A stretch of 64,000 nt of DNA from a bacterium (lineage in GTDB: Bacteria > SZUA-182 > DTGQ01 > JAFGSM01). The DNA is taken from the NCBI GenBank assembly GCA_049472335.1, contig JBLIRO010000014.1, forward strand, positions 9,684 through 73,683. Direction: 5' to 3'. Positions 40,507 through 50,700 of the stretch are shown piece by piece. The position numbers and the translations under genes are program-made. Within the stretch, counting starts at the first letter, position 1. Each line of letters opens with the position of its first letter. Under the pieces are notes generated by a model that saw nothing but the letters and a program-made list of their open reading frames with translations, made no database searches and had not been told where the DNA came from.

Positions 40507-41292
40507 ATGGCCGATATAAAGGATTTTTTAAATCTCGCTCTAGATGCTGCCCACCAGGCCGGAAAAATCCAGAAAAGGGGGTTTGGCAAAAAATTACAGA
40601 TCAATTTTAAAGGCCCTAAAGATCCGGTGACGGAGATCGATCATCAATGCGAAGAAAAGATCTTCAATCTGATCAAAAAGGCTTTTCCGTCCCATAATAT
40701 CATAGCAGAAGAAGGGAGCCTTCATCAGACCACTTCCCCTTTTAGATGGATTATCGATCCACTGGACGGCACGACAAACTATTCTCATGCATACCCGTTT
40801 TTTTGTGTATCTATCGCCCTGGAAGAGAATAACAGGATAGTCATGGGTGTGGTATATAATCCAATGCTGGAGGAACTTTTTCTCGCAATTAGGGATGAAG
40901 GCGCAAAGTTGAATGGAAATCCCATTCATGTATCAGAAACCCATGACCTGGATCATGCCCTGATCGCAACAGGAAGACTTACTAAAAATCCCAAAAAAAC
41001 AGATCTACATTTTGACCAGTTCCGTCAATTATCCATAATGGCACAGGGTACACGCCGGGATGGGTCCGCAGTTCTGGACCTTTGCTACGTGGCAACAGGA
41101 CGGTTTGATGGTTTCTGGGAATTCGGATTAAAGCCATGGGATACCGCAGCGGGAAGCATAATCGTGCAAGAAGCCGGAGGGGAAATAACAACCTTTACAG
41201 GCAGCCCGTTTAGTCCTTTCGGCTCGGAAGCCCTTGCCAGCAACGGGATTCTTCATAAATCCATTATGGAAAACCTTTCTGCTACTCTATGA
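40507..41292 (+). CDS. suhB: Inositol monophosphatase family protein
   Basis: WIIDPLDGTTNY, RRDGSAVLDL, KPWDTAAG. Confidence 0.9.
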   Translation: MADIKDFLNLALDAAHQAGKIQKRGFGKKLQINFKGPKDPVTEIDHQCEEKIFNLIKKAFPSHNIIAEEGSLHQTTSPFRWIIDPLDGTTNYSHAYPFFCVSIALEENNRIVMGVVYNPMLEELFLAIRDEGAKLNGNPIHVSETHDLDHALIATGRLTKNPKKTDLHFDQFRQLSIMAQGTRRDGSAVLDLCYVATGRFDGFWEFGLKPWDTAAGSIIVQEAGGEITTFTGSPFSPFGSEALASNGILHKSIMENLSATL

Positions 41293-41344
41293 TAAATGCC
41301 ACATTGATGTTTTTAAAATGTTTATACCCTTGATGATATCAATC

Positions 41345-41399
41345 TTGACAATGTAATGGATTTAATTTAAAATAAAGATGACTAATTTTTATGACTAAT
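41345..41399 (+). promoter_or_regulatory. Sigma70 promoter plus ATGACTAAT direct-repeat candidate operator for phd-vapC
   Basis: TTGACA-17-TAAAAT; ATGACTAAT at 41378 and 41391. Confidence 0.65.
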
Positions 41400-41426
41400 C
41401 TTGATTTGCTGAGGAAAACAGATCAT

Positions 41427-41651
41427 ATGCACAAAGTAAACATCCATGAAGCCAAAACCCATCTGTCCCGTTTGATTAAAGAGGTGCAGGAGGGGGAGGA
41501 AGTGATAATAGCTAAAGGGAACAAACCAATTGTAAAGCTTGTATTAGTCCCTGATGCAAGACCTAAACGCAAGCTGGGAAGTGCAAAAGGTCTGATAACA
41601 ATATCTCCTGATTTCGATGAACCTTTGGATGACTTCAAAGATTATGTGTAA
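41427..41651 (+). CDS. Phd/YefM-family antitoxin
   Basis: VNIHEAKTHLSRLI..V..GEEVIIAK, SPDFDEPL. Confidence 0.92.
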   Translation: MHKVNIHEAKTHLSRLIKEVQEGEEVIIAKGNKPIVKLVLVPDARPKRKLGSAKGLITISPDFDEPLDDFKDYV

Positions 41652-42040
41652 TGAGATTATTGCTTGATACTCATACCTTTCTCTGGCTTATTACAGATGA
41701 GCCAAGATTAACCGAAAATGCCAAAAAATTATTTTTGAATCCTGATAATGATATATTTCTGAGCATAGCAAGCTCATGGGAAATAGCCATAAAATCAAGT
41801 CTTGGGAAACTCCATTTGGCCGAACCTCTGGAAAAACTTATACCTCGTGAAATTAAATCGAATGGGATTTATTTATTACATATTGAATTAAAACATGTCA
41901 TGATTGTGGCAGGATTACCATTTCATCATCGTGATCCTTTTGACAGAATTCTTGTGGCCCAATGTCAATCAGAAAATTTATCCATACTAAGTTCGGATCA
42001 GGATTTTGATAAATACGAAATAAAGAGGATCTGGGAATAG
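41651..42040 (+). CDS. vapC: VapC/PIN-domain toxin
   Basis: MRLLLDTHTFLW, SSWEIAIK, HHRDPFDR. Confidence 0.95.
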   Translation: MRLLLDTHTFLWLITDEPRLTENAKKLFLNPDNDIFLSIASSWEIAIKSSLGKLHLAEPLEKLIPREIKSNGIYLLHIELKHVMIVAGLPFHHRDPFDRILVAQCQSENLSILSSDQDFDKYEIKRIWE

Positions 42041-42072
42041 TTGACAGTATAAAAAAATCTAAAACCAGATTT

Positions 42073-43158
42073 ATGGGGGAGCCCTTGAAAAAGTTTTTGG
42101 TAATTACCGTGGTTTTATTTTTATTTACTATTGCTTTTGGGATCTCGAGGGCCATTGCAGCAACAACTCTTAATGAGGGTATTATAAATATCAATGGGAC
42201 GATATACTATGCTTTGCTTGATCCATTCCCGGAATATTTTGATGATTCAGCATTTGATTGGATGGCAGGGTTAGGGACAATAACGATCAATTATAAACCG
42301 GGAGAAGCCGGGGATTATTATATTATCTCTTTTTTTGATCACGAAATTGATAAACTTATAAATACCTATTTTAATGAATACGGAAAAACAACCGGCACAC
42401 CCGATGCAAGGGAGTCATGGGAAATAGATGAACCCGGTTTTACATTTGGAGATATCTACGATAATTTGCTAGGAGGAACACTGGATAATACTAATAATAT
42501 CCCGCTGGGATCTGAGGATGATGTTTCCATGGCCATAGGATGGGAGTTTTCTTTAGCCAAAAACGAAATGGTTGCATTATCTTTGACTCTGGAAGAAACA
42601 CCCCCATCTTCCGGATTCTATTTATCTCACACTGATCCCAATAGTGATTACTCCTTATATTTCTCAAGCAGTTTGGACATAATACCATATGGATATAATT
42701 ATCAAATAAACATGACAACAGGATGGAGCATGATTTCTATACCTGTAAAACCTGAGAGTTTAGAGGCTGCAAATATTTATCCTTCCGCCGAGGTTATTTA
42801 TGGTTATCAAAAGGGGTCCGGATATTTTCGGGTAACAGGGAATGAAGAAATGGAGGCAGGAAAGGGATACTGGATACTATATAAAGAACCCCAATACTAT
42901 ACTCTTACCGGCCAGCCCATTGACTTTTATTCTAAATCAATCGAAGAAGACGGATGGTGGATGATTGGGGGATGTACAACTGAAGCACAGGCAACCTCCG
43001 AAAATTGTACTATTGAAGTCATTTACAAATATTCCCCTGGAATTGGATATCAGAGAGTTCCTGCATCTGAGAATCTTGAGCCTGGAAGAGGTTATTGGAT
43101 ATTGTTTACAAATGTTCTGGATCAGGCTGAGTTTATGGCTAACAAGATAAAACAATGA
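42073..43158 (+). CDS. Secreted protein; acidic N-terminal domain plus C-terminal GWSMIS/GYWIL module
   Basis: Signal peptide (AIA|AT); FFDHEID..NTYFNEYG..SWEIDEPG..DDVSMA; C-terminus homologous to 16137..18791. Confidence 0.85.
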   Translation: MGEPLKKFLVITVVLFLFTIAFGISRAIAATTLNEGIININGTIYYALLDPFPEYFDDSAFDWMAGLGTITINYKPGEAGDYYIISFFDHEIDKLINTYFNEYGKTTGTPDARESWEIDEPGFTFGDIYDNLLGGTLDNTNNIPLGSEDDVSMAIGWEFSLAKNEMVALSLTLEETPPSSGFYLSHTDPNSDYSLYFSSSLDIIPYGYNYQINMTTGWSMISIPVKPESLEAANIYPSAEVIYGYQKGSGYFRVTGNEEMEAGKGYWILYKEPQYYTLTGQPIDFYSKSIEEDGWWMIGGCTTEAQATSENCTIEVIYKYSPGIGYQRVPASENLEPGRGYWILFTNVLDQAEFMANKIKQ

Positions 43159-43290
43159 GACGCCCTTCATAATCGTATTCAATTTCCCAATTCCAATTTC
43201 GCAATTTCAACGTCCCCTTTTTAAGTCATGTTCTGGTACTCATTGAGAAAAAGATAATAGACGGATATCCCTATCCCAAGTAATCATTTA

Positions 43291-43365
43291 TCAAAAATAA
43301 ATCGAATACCTGTTATTTCTTTTGACAAAGATTTTAAGAACTTAGGTTTTACTACAATTTCTTAG
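43291..43365 (+). pseudogene. Possible C-terminal remnant of a PIN-domain toxin
   Basis: Translates SKINRIPVISFDKDFKNLGFTTIS*, resembling the PIN C-terminal SFDxDF; no intact 5' part. Confidence 0.4.
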
Positions 43366-43526
43366 ACAAATTAGAGAAAGCAGCATTCGATTATTCCTGA
43401 AAAACAAGGATTGCCAAAATCCATCTGGGACGAAATATCACTATTCAAAATACAAATCGATCAGTTTTCTAGCCTGAAATTAAAATAAATTGATGCCTGA
43501 GATTGTCATTCAAGAATTGCTCCTTC

Positions 43527-43555
43527 TTGACAATTGAGTTTATAATGCATATAAT
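43527..43555 (+). promoter_or_regulatory. Consensus sigma70 promoter of vapBC
   Basis: TTGACA-17-TATAAT; ATATAATTATAT palindrome overlaps the -10. Confidence 0.8.
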
Positions 43556-43581
43556 TATATCATATTAAGGAGGTGTATATT

Positions 43582-43818
43582 ATGCGTGCAACATTAAACA
43601 TATCAGACGAACTCCTTGCCGAGGTGCAAAAAATTACCGGGGAAAAGTCCAAGACAAAGGCGATTACAATTGCCATGAAGGAATTCGTCAGGCAGAAAAA
43701 GATTAAGGAGTTGATTTCTCTAAGAGGAAAGATACAGATAGAAGATGTAACTGAAGAATTGGAAAGGCTTGAGATCGAGGAGATTGAAGAGAATGATAAA
43801 AGATGGCGTAATCGTTGA
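43582..43818 (+). CDS. vapB: VapB-family antitoxin (RHH-like)
   Basis: MRATLNISDELLAEV....KSKTKAI..AMKEFVR...LRGKI; AAGGAGG RBS. Confidence 0.88.
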   Translation: MRATLNISDELLAEVQKITGEKSKTKAITIAMKEFVRQKKIKELISLRGKIQIEDVTEELERLEIEEIEENDKRWRNR

Positions 43819-44182
43819 CACGTCAGTTTTGATTGATTTTCTGAAAGGTTCTGAGAAATATGCTGAGGAAGTTACCAGCCTTCTTGTAAAGAACCGTGCA
43901 ATAACTACAGGCATAATAATAGCAGAGCTATTACAAGGCATTAAGAATCCAAAGGAAGAACAAAATATTTCTGAACTTATGACTTCAATAAATACTCTGG
44001 AAATATCCACCGAACTCTGGATAAAAGCAGGTAAGCTCTCATCCTCTTTAAGAAAAAAAGGTATTAGTCTGCCTCTGACGGATGTTACTATTGCAACTCT
44101 TGCATTAGAATATAATCTATACATCTTTACTATGGACAAACATTTCGAGAAGATACCAGGGATTCATCTATTTAACAACTGA
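43793..44182 (+). CDS. vapC: VapC/PIN-domain toxin
   Basis: IVDTSVLIDF, ELLQG, D..IA, TMDKHF. Confidence 0.92.
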   Translation: MIKDGVIVDTSVLIDFLKGSEKYAEEVTSLLVKNRAITTGIIIAELLQGIKNPKEEQNISELMTSINTLEISTELWIKAGKLSSSLRKKGISLPLTDVTIATLALEYNLYIFTMDKHFEKIPGIHLFNN

Positions 44183-44472
44183 AGCCGTAACAATCCAAAC
44201 TAATAAGCTAACTCCATCATATTGTCCTTCGTAAAAATTCGTCCCTATTGAAATTATTGACTCTTTAAGATTTCATTGATTTAATTTTTAACCATTATGG
44301 AGACCATATGTATATTAATTCTATGCATGTTTTGATGTTCAGTAAGCTGAATTCTCATCTCATTATTGAAAATCCTGCTCTTCTGCAACAGTTAATAAAA
44401 TCAGTATTTCTATAACATCTTGATATTGTTGAATGATGCCTTTTTGATAGGGCACAGGCCGGTTTTAAAGTT

Positions 44473-44764
44473 CCTGAAGTAGCATGGAAAGACCTTGAGG
44501 AAGTAACAGAGTATGCAAAGGATTCACCCTAGTATGCAGCTTTATTTGTTAAAATGGCTTGAAATATAGCTCGTTCACTATCAAATTTATCCGATCGTGG
44601 CCGAATAGTACCCGAATTGTAATAATAAGAACATCCGTGAATTATTTGTAGGGAATTACCGTATGATTTATCAGATAAAAAATAAAGTTATATATGTTAT
44701 TGGATTTATACATGGTGCATGTGATCTATGGACACTTTGGGAACGAGAGGACCGAAACACTTAA
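44473..44764 (+). pseudogene. RelE/ParE-family toxin pseudogene
   Basis: AWKDLEEVTEYAKDSP*YAALFVKMA*NIARSL...RGRIVPEL / NIRELFVGNYRMIYQI...IHGACDL; two in-frame stops and one frameshift near 44620. Confidence 0.8.
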
Positions 44765-44930
44765 CTTAATCTTATTCAAAATAATAGAAAAAAATGACAA
44801 CCCCTTTAATGGGTGTACTCATTTTTCTATTTCTATTCATGTCAGATGTCCCCTTGACAATTTTAAAAAGGTTTTAAAAAATTGATTAATAAGTAAGAAT
44901 AGTAAACAACGTCCCCTTTCTTCCCCTTTC

Positions 44931-45045
44931 TGACAATGATATCTTTCTGAGCACATAGCAAGCACATGGGAAGATAGCTATATTCTGTCTTCAAATTGGT
45001 ATAGCCATTAACTACAAACCCATGATACAATATATTTGTGGACAT
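44931..45045 (-). mobile_element. Probable ISL3-family transposase 5' fragment
   Basis: MSTNILYHGFVVNGY...TEY...C..C...II.RKG resembles the ISL3 N-terminus and zinc finger; truncated at a GTCCCC motif. Confidence 0.5.
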
Positions 45046-45069
45046 TAGGTCACACTTTTTTTTATTATG

Positions 45070-45107
45070 AATCCGTCCCCAATTTTTCAATCCGTCCCCA
45101 ATTTTTC
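45070..45107 (+). repeat. Perfect 19-bp tandem duplication containing CGTCCCC
   Basis: AATCCGTCCCCAATTTTTC x2. Confidence 0.9.
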
Positions 45108-45202
45108 CAACACAATTTTCCATTTTGCTTTGTTTAATTGTTGACTTTTTATCAGAAATTTATATAATGAAAGATGTAATATGAAAGGAGGAAAATATAA
45201 AT

Positions 45203-45418
45203 ATGAAAATAGGAGAACGTGGGCAAATAACAATTCCTAAACCACTTCGAGAAAAATATGGTTTTTTCCCCAACATTGAAGTTGAATTTGTATCTGAAGA
45301 AACCGGAATTCGAATTCAAAAAAAGACATCTCATTCCAGTCCTCTAAAAGAAGTCTATGGTATTTTAAAAAAAAGAGAAAAAACTGATGATTATATTGAG
45401 GAGATTCGAGGAAGGTGA
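45203..45418 (+). CDS. AbrB/MazE-family antitoxin
   Basis: KIGERGQITIPKPLREKYG; upstream TTGACT-16-TATAAT at 45141-45168. Confidence 0.92.
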   Translation: MKIGERGQITIPKPLREKYGFFPNIEVEFVSEETGIRIQKKTSHSSPLKEVYGILKKREKTDDYIEEIRGR

Positions 45419-45813
45419 TTACTTTTGTTGACACAAATGTATTACTTGATGTCTTTTTACCTGATCCTGAATTTGGAGGAAAATCTCTGGAAGCTATTGA
45501 AAAAGCATATAATGAAGGATCTCTCATCATAAATAATATTATATATGCAGAGTTAGCACCACAGTTCGATAATAAGGAATTTCTGGACAATACACTTGTT
45601 AAATTAGGTATCAGAATAATACCTATTGATCAAAAGGTTGCCTATACTGCAGGGATGACCTGGAAGCAATATAGAAACTCAGGTGGATCACGCAAAAGGA
45701 TATTAACCGATTTTTTAATTGGAGCCCATGCCCAGATTCATTCTGAAAGGCTTCTCTCAAGAGATCGCGGTTTCTATAAAAAATATTTTGGCAATTTGAA
45801 TGTTATCTATTAA
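45415..45813 (+). CDS. vapC: VapC/PIN-domain toxin
   Basis: FVDTNVLLD, YAEL, DFLIGAHA, SRDRGFY; GTGA overlap. Confidence 0.93.
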   Translation: MITFVDTNVLLDVFLPDPEFGGKSLEAIEKAYNEGSLIINNIIYAELAPQFDNKEFLDNTLVKLGIRIIPIDQKVAYTAGMTWKQYRNSGGSRKRILTDFLIGAHAQIHSERLLSRDRGFYKKYFGNLNVIY

Positions 45814-46378
45814 CTTCCTTTCAATCCCCCAACTATATATTGACTTCTCTTCTTACAAATAGCACTTACACCGGATTTAATTAATTTAATGCCGTTCTAA
45901 TAGTCGATCCTGACAAACTCATTTTTTTATAATTTAAGAGCCAGCAAAAAAAGTTTTAATGATAAATGTACTTTAGCAGACTTTTAATAAAAAGAGTAAA
46001 AATACTGAAGCTCTCTCAGAAGCTTTTTTGAAGCTTCTTTTTTCCCCTAAAAATAAATCTGTCCCCTTTTTGCTTTTTGGCTTTCTGTGGCCTTGAAATT
46101 ACTTGTGGTATTTATAGCCATTGTGACACCCTCCTTATGCTTTTGCTATTTTTAATATAATATTTTTTGCACTGATATTTTATGTTTAGGTGTAATTTGA
46201 AAATAAATTAAAGATAATTAAATAGGTAATAAGTGAACTAAAACTACAAGTTTACAAAAAAGGATTTTTGAATTCTCATATTTTTTATATTTATCTCTAT
46301 AAGAATCCTTACCTTGTAAAATTTACAAATTTTCTTTTAAAGAAATCTTTCTCGTAATCCTGATTAATTTAATAATCA

Positions 46379-47584
46379 TTACATCGAATCAGTGTTAATC
46401 TTTATGCAAAACAACCTATCTCCTATAATCAGAAACATAGAGGCCCCATTCTCATCCATTATACAAGACACTTTTCCCTTTATATTTCTTTTTTCTGAAA
46501 AGTCTTTAGAATCCCAAAGGATGGTGCCATCTTCGGCTGCGATCAATTGTGAATCATTTTTTTCGTGATTTATCAAAATATAGTTACCTTTTTTTTGGAT
46601 GAAGCTGATCAATTTGCTTGAAACAGACCAAGATATTTTACCTGTTTGTTTATCTATAGAAATAAGTGAATATTTTGTGTCAAATGCACCGAATATTTTA
46701 CCTCTATGTTTTCCATAGGCATATAGGTTATTGTCTTCACATTTAATGGGAAACAGAAAATCTTCCATGACATTCCAGATCTTTTCGCCTGTTGTCAAAT
46801 CAAAACAGACTATTTGGTCCTTTGTATCCTTTTTTATGCGGAGAAACAATCTTTGTTTATCAATACAATAAACACTGTCTGGTTTTATTATTTGAGAGGT
46901 GACCGGTTCGGGTAAAGGCGAGTTTGCTTCTTCCCCTGATTTAGCATCGATAACCTTAAAGAAATCTCCTCCTACCTTCCAGTATATCAGATTATCAATC
47001 AGGTCCATTTTTACCGGGGCATAACGCCAACCGAGTGATATCTCCCATCGCTTTTCACCGGTTTCAGCATTCAATGCAAGCAGCCTTGATGCGCCAAGAG
47101 GTATAAAAACATCTTTTTGTGAAGTAGCAATTTCACTTGTTAATAGCTCAGCCCTGTTAAAAATAAATGGAAAATGTTTTGATAGAATTAAAACCTTTCC
47201 CTTAAATGTCCATTCGATATTGCCGGATGTCCTGTTTAAGGTAAAGACATTACCTCTGTAAGAGCTATTGGTTTGAACAAAGATTCTTTGTCCGTCGCTT
47301 GTTAATGGAAGCACATCTTTATAGTAAGGAAGTGATGTCTGCCAGATTTGTTCCCCATTGATTAGATTTATCGCCAAGACCTGAATCTGATTATTACCAT
47401 AAAAGGTCATATAACATTGATTATTCTCGATTAGAGGATATCCCGCCTCTTTCCCCCCTATTGATTTTTCCCATTTAGTAGTTGTTTTCAAATCGGTTTT
47501 TTCAGCAGCCACACCTTTGCCTTTCATTCCAATCCCAAGAATTATTAATGTCCATAAAACTATACGAAATCCTTTTTTCATCAT
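46379..47584 (-). CDS. PQQ-like/BamB-like beta-propeller, exported; putative immunity protein
   Basis: Repeats ALNAETGEKRWE, CFDLTTGEKIWN, IDKQTGKISWS; signal peptide; downstream of RHS toxin. Confidence 0.8.
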   Translation of the reverse strand: MMKKGFRIVLWTLIILGIGMKGKGVAAEKTDLKTTTKWEKSIGGKEAGYPLIENNQCYMTFYGNNQIQVLAINLINGEQIWQTSLPYYKDVLPLTSDGQRIFVQTNSSYRGNVFTLNRTSGNIEWTFKGKVLILSKHFPFIFNRAELLTSEIATSQKDVFIPLGASRLLALNAETGEKRWEISLGWRYAPVKMDLIDNLIYWKVGGDFFKVIDAKSGEEANSPLPEPVTSQIIKPDSVYCIDKQRLFLRIKKDTKDQIVCFDLTTGEKIWNVMEDFLFPIKCEDNNLYAYGKHRGKIFGAFDTKYSLISIDKQTGKISWSVSSKLISFIQKKGNYILINHEKNDSQLIAAEDGTILWDSKDFSEKRNIKGKVSCIMDENGASMFLIIGDRLFCIKINTDSM

Positions 47585-47733
47585 TTAAAATTCAAATGTT
47601 ATTTCATCTGCCTAATTAATAAAGACATAGAACGCTTCCAGGAGTCAAGAATTATATGTAATATATTCAAAGGATCAAACAAAATTCTAAATTAATGACT
47701 CTTAATGAATCTATCAGATTTTGTTTATTATTT

Positions 47734-50700
47734 TTATTTTCGCCAAGCCTGCCGGCTTCTAAGTTCCGGTCCTTCAAGCCATTTAGTAAATGGCCATATA
47801 TATCCCATAGTGGCGCCTACAACTGTTGAGGCTGCATTTCGGCCTAAATAACCACCAATTATTGCACCCAGGGCTGTTGCATAACCAACCATGGGCCACA
47901 TTGTGGAGTAGCTTCGAACGCTTAATGGTCTAGCCCAATTTCTTACGCCACTAATACCAAAACCGCTGCTCCCTATAATCTGACGAGAGTAAACCAGCCC
48001 CCAATAATTACCACTTGGTGATCCGGTTCCAAAGAAAAATCCAACCTGGATACGTTCACCAATTCCAAACGCATTACTGGGCCCTGCATAATGGCCTAAT
48101 AAATTATGAAGCCGGTATACGAAAGCTACATATCGAACCACATTCCAGCTTGCTGATATCGATGCCCCAAATCCACCATAAAAGAAAAAGCCTTCTTCTG
48201 AAGATCCCACATTCAAAACCCATTCTATTCCAGCCTGACCGCCATAACCAAAAGGAAGCCGCCCTGAAAATTTGGGGATCCTTCTGAGCAAATGAACTGA
48301 CCCGGCGGCACCTAATATTATTCCATCCGGAAGAAGCTTTCCAATTGCTTTATATGCACGCCCAATAAAAGATCCCGGCCATGTAATCGCAATCAGATTT
48401 ATAATGCTGATAACGGCAATAGATATCATTACGCCGCATATGCCAAAATTTCCACTTGGATCGATATAATTCACAGGATTATTCTTTGTATAAACGTAAA
48501 GATGCAGGCTTGGAGGATCATAAATTGAACCGGGAAAGGGTTCCATTGGATCAGATGTCAGGAATCGCCCTGTTGCCTGGTTGTAGTATCTGGCCCTCAA
48601 ATAGTAGAATCCAATATTAACATCATACTGCTCTCCGGTATACAGGTAATTATTATCCGTTACTCCTGTCCTATTTAATATAACCCCGAATGCATCATAG
48701 ATGTAAGTATCTGTAATAGTTTCAGAGAAATCAGTAAGCTCCCTGGTATTACCATTTCCATCATAGTGGTAGAAATACTGAATTGATCCCCTTTTCATAC
48801 TGATTAAGTCATCCCCGTGTACATAACCTGCAATCAAAGAAGAGCCTGCATCTGTTTCTTCCAACACCTGAGCATATGCACGATTTTTATCTACAAGGTA
48901 ACTGGTTACTGCACCATTTACTGTTGAACTTACCTTTATGCCGTCAGAATCATAGATATAACTGATTAAGGATGTTGGTGTGTTAACTTCAACAGGTCTA
49001 TTCTCATAGTCATAGCTATAGGTTGTAATATTCGAACCTTCTGTTTTAGTGATTGTATTTCCATTATTGTCATACGTATAGGTTGTTCCATTTTCACTCA
49101 GGAGCCTGTCATTATTATCATAAGTATAATTAATGGTTCCATCTACCGAATCAGATTTTGTCAAACGATTCCCTACAGGATCATATGAATATGAGATTAA
49201 ACGATCGCCATGGACAGGATCGGTAATCTTTTCCTTCGTCAGGCGATAAAGGGCATCATAAGTATATTCAACCGTTCTGCCTGTATGTTCCTGGACAATA
49301 ATCCTGTTTCCTACAGGGCCCAGAGTATAATTGTAGCTTGATAGTATTGAATCATCAGACCTTTTATTTTCGAGCCTGATCAACCTGTTTAAAATATCAT
49401 ATGTATACAAGGCCTTTGTACCATTGGGGTATTGAACATTTATCCTGTTGCCGAGCTTATCATATGAATACGTGGTAACACCTAAGTCGGGATCTGTAAC
49501 TGTTTTTAATCGATTCAGCGAATCATAAGAATACATAGTAGTATCGGAAGGTGTTGTAACGGATGCCCTGTTCCCGGCTGCATCATATGTGTAAGAGATT
49601 GTTGTGCCGTCAGGATCAGTCCTTTTAATCAATCTGTTAAGTAAATCATACTCATAGGTCGTAAGCCCTCGAGAATCAAGCTCAGAAATTTTCTGACCGG
49701 ATGAATTATAAATATAAGACACACTTGAGCCATCAGGATAGATTTTTTGTAAAATGCGATTGTTATCATCATAAGTATAAGTCGTAGTATTGCCGTTAAA
49801 ATCAGTCTTTGATAGTATGTTCCCAACAGCATCATATTCCGTTATCTCGACCATTCCAAGGGGCATGATCTTTTTGGTGACTCTACCCAGTTTATCATAT
49901 TCCCACATAGTGGAATTTCCGTTGGCATCTGTCTGGGATATCTTATTTCCCAATTCATCATATTCATAGGTTGTTATATTGCCCAAAGCATCTGTAACAC
50001 TGATGAGCTGTCCTTTGGCATCATAATCAAAATTGGTCGTATTGCCTGCCTGATCCGTCTCAGAGGTCTTCCAGCCAATTTCATTATATGTGGTGGTTGT
50101 AAAAGTCCCATCCGGGAAGATAGTTTTTATGAGACGATTGTTTTTATCATATTCATAAACATAAGTATTTCCATTTGCATCGGTCATAGTGATCTGATTG
50201 CCATTTGCATCATAAGTATAGTTAGTAACATTGCCATAGGGATCAATAATAGATGTGCGATGGCCCGCAGCGTCATAGGTATAAGAGGTGGTATTTCCGC
50301 GTGTATCTGTCTGGGTTGTTGTCCTGCCAGCGGCATCATAAGTGCCTGTAGTTGATGATCCGTCAGGATAAATTGTCTTTATGATCCTCCCAAGGGCATC
50401 ATAGATATATTGTGTAGTTCTTCCAGCTCTGTCTGTTGAAGAAATCTTTCTTCCCTCTGCATCATATGTTGAAGTTTCCGCAGTGCCATCCGGATATGTG
50501 ATCTTTTCAATGTTACCCCTGCCGTCATATTCATAATCAGCCCTGTTGCCGTTTTGATCTATAGTTGCAGATCGTTTTCCTACAGCATTATACTCAGTAA
50601 TTGTACTATTGCCATAAGGATCTGTATTCTTTATCAAGCGGTTCATACTATCATATTCGCTCTGAACAGAAATGGTTTCAGTACCGGATGATGTAGTACG

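Noticed and set aside
44694..44885. 63-aa ORF
   Set aside because: Alternative frame over the ParE pseudogene tail; no independent support
45070..45107. CRISPR array
   Set aside because: Only two abutting 19-bp copies, no spacers, no cas genes
44863..45123. 86-aa ORF as a real gene
   Set aside because: Chimera of repeat-motif translation (KIGDG, KGKKGD) and a transposase-like fragment
43158..46379. Classical integron with attC sites
   Set aside because: No paired RYYYAAC...GTTRRRY hairpins seen and no integrase in the window
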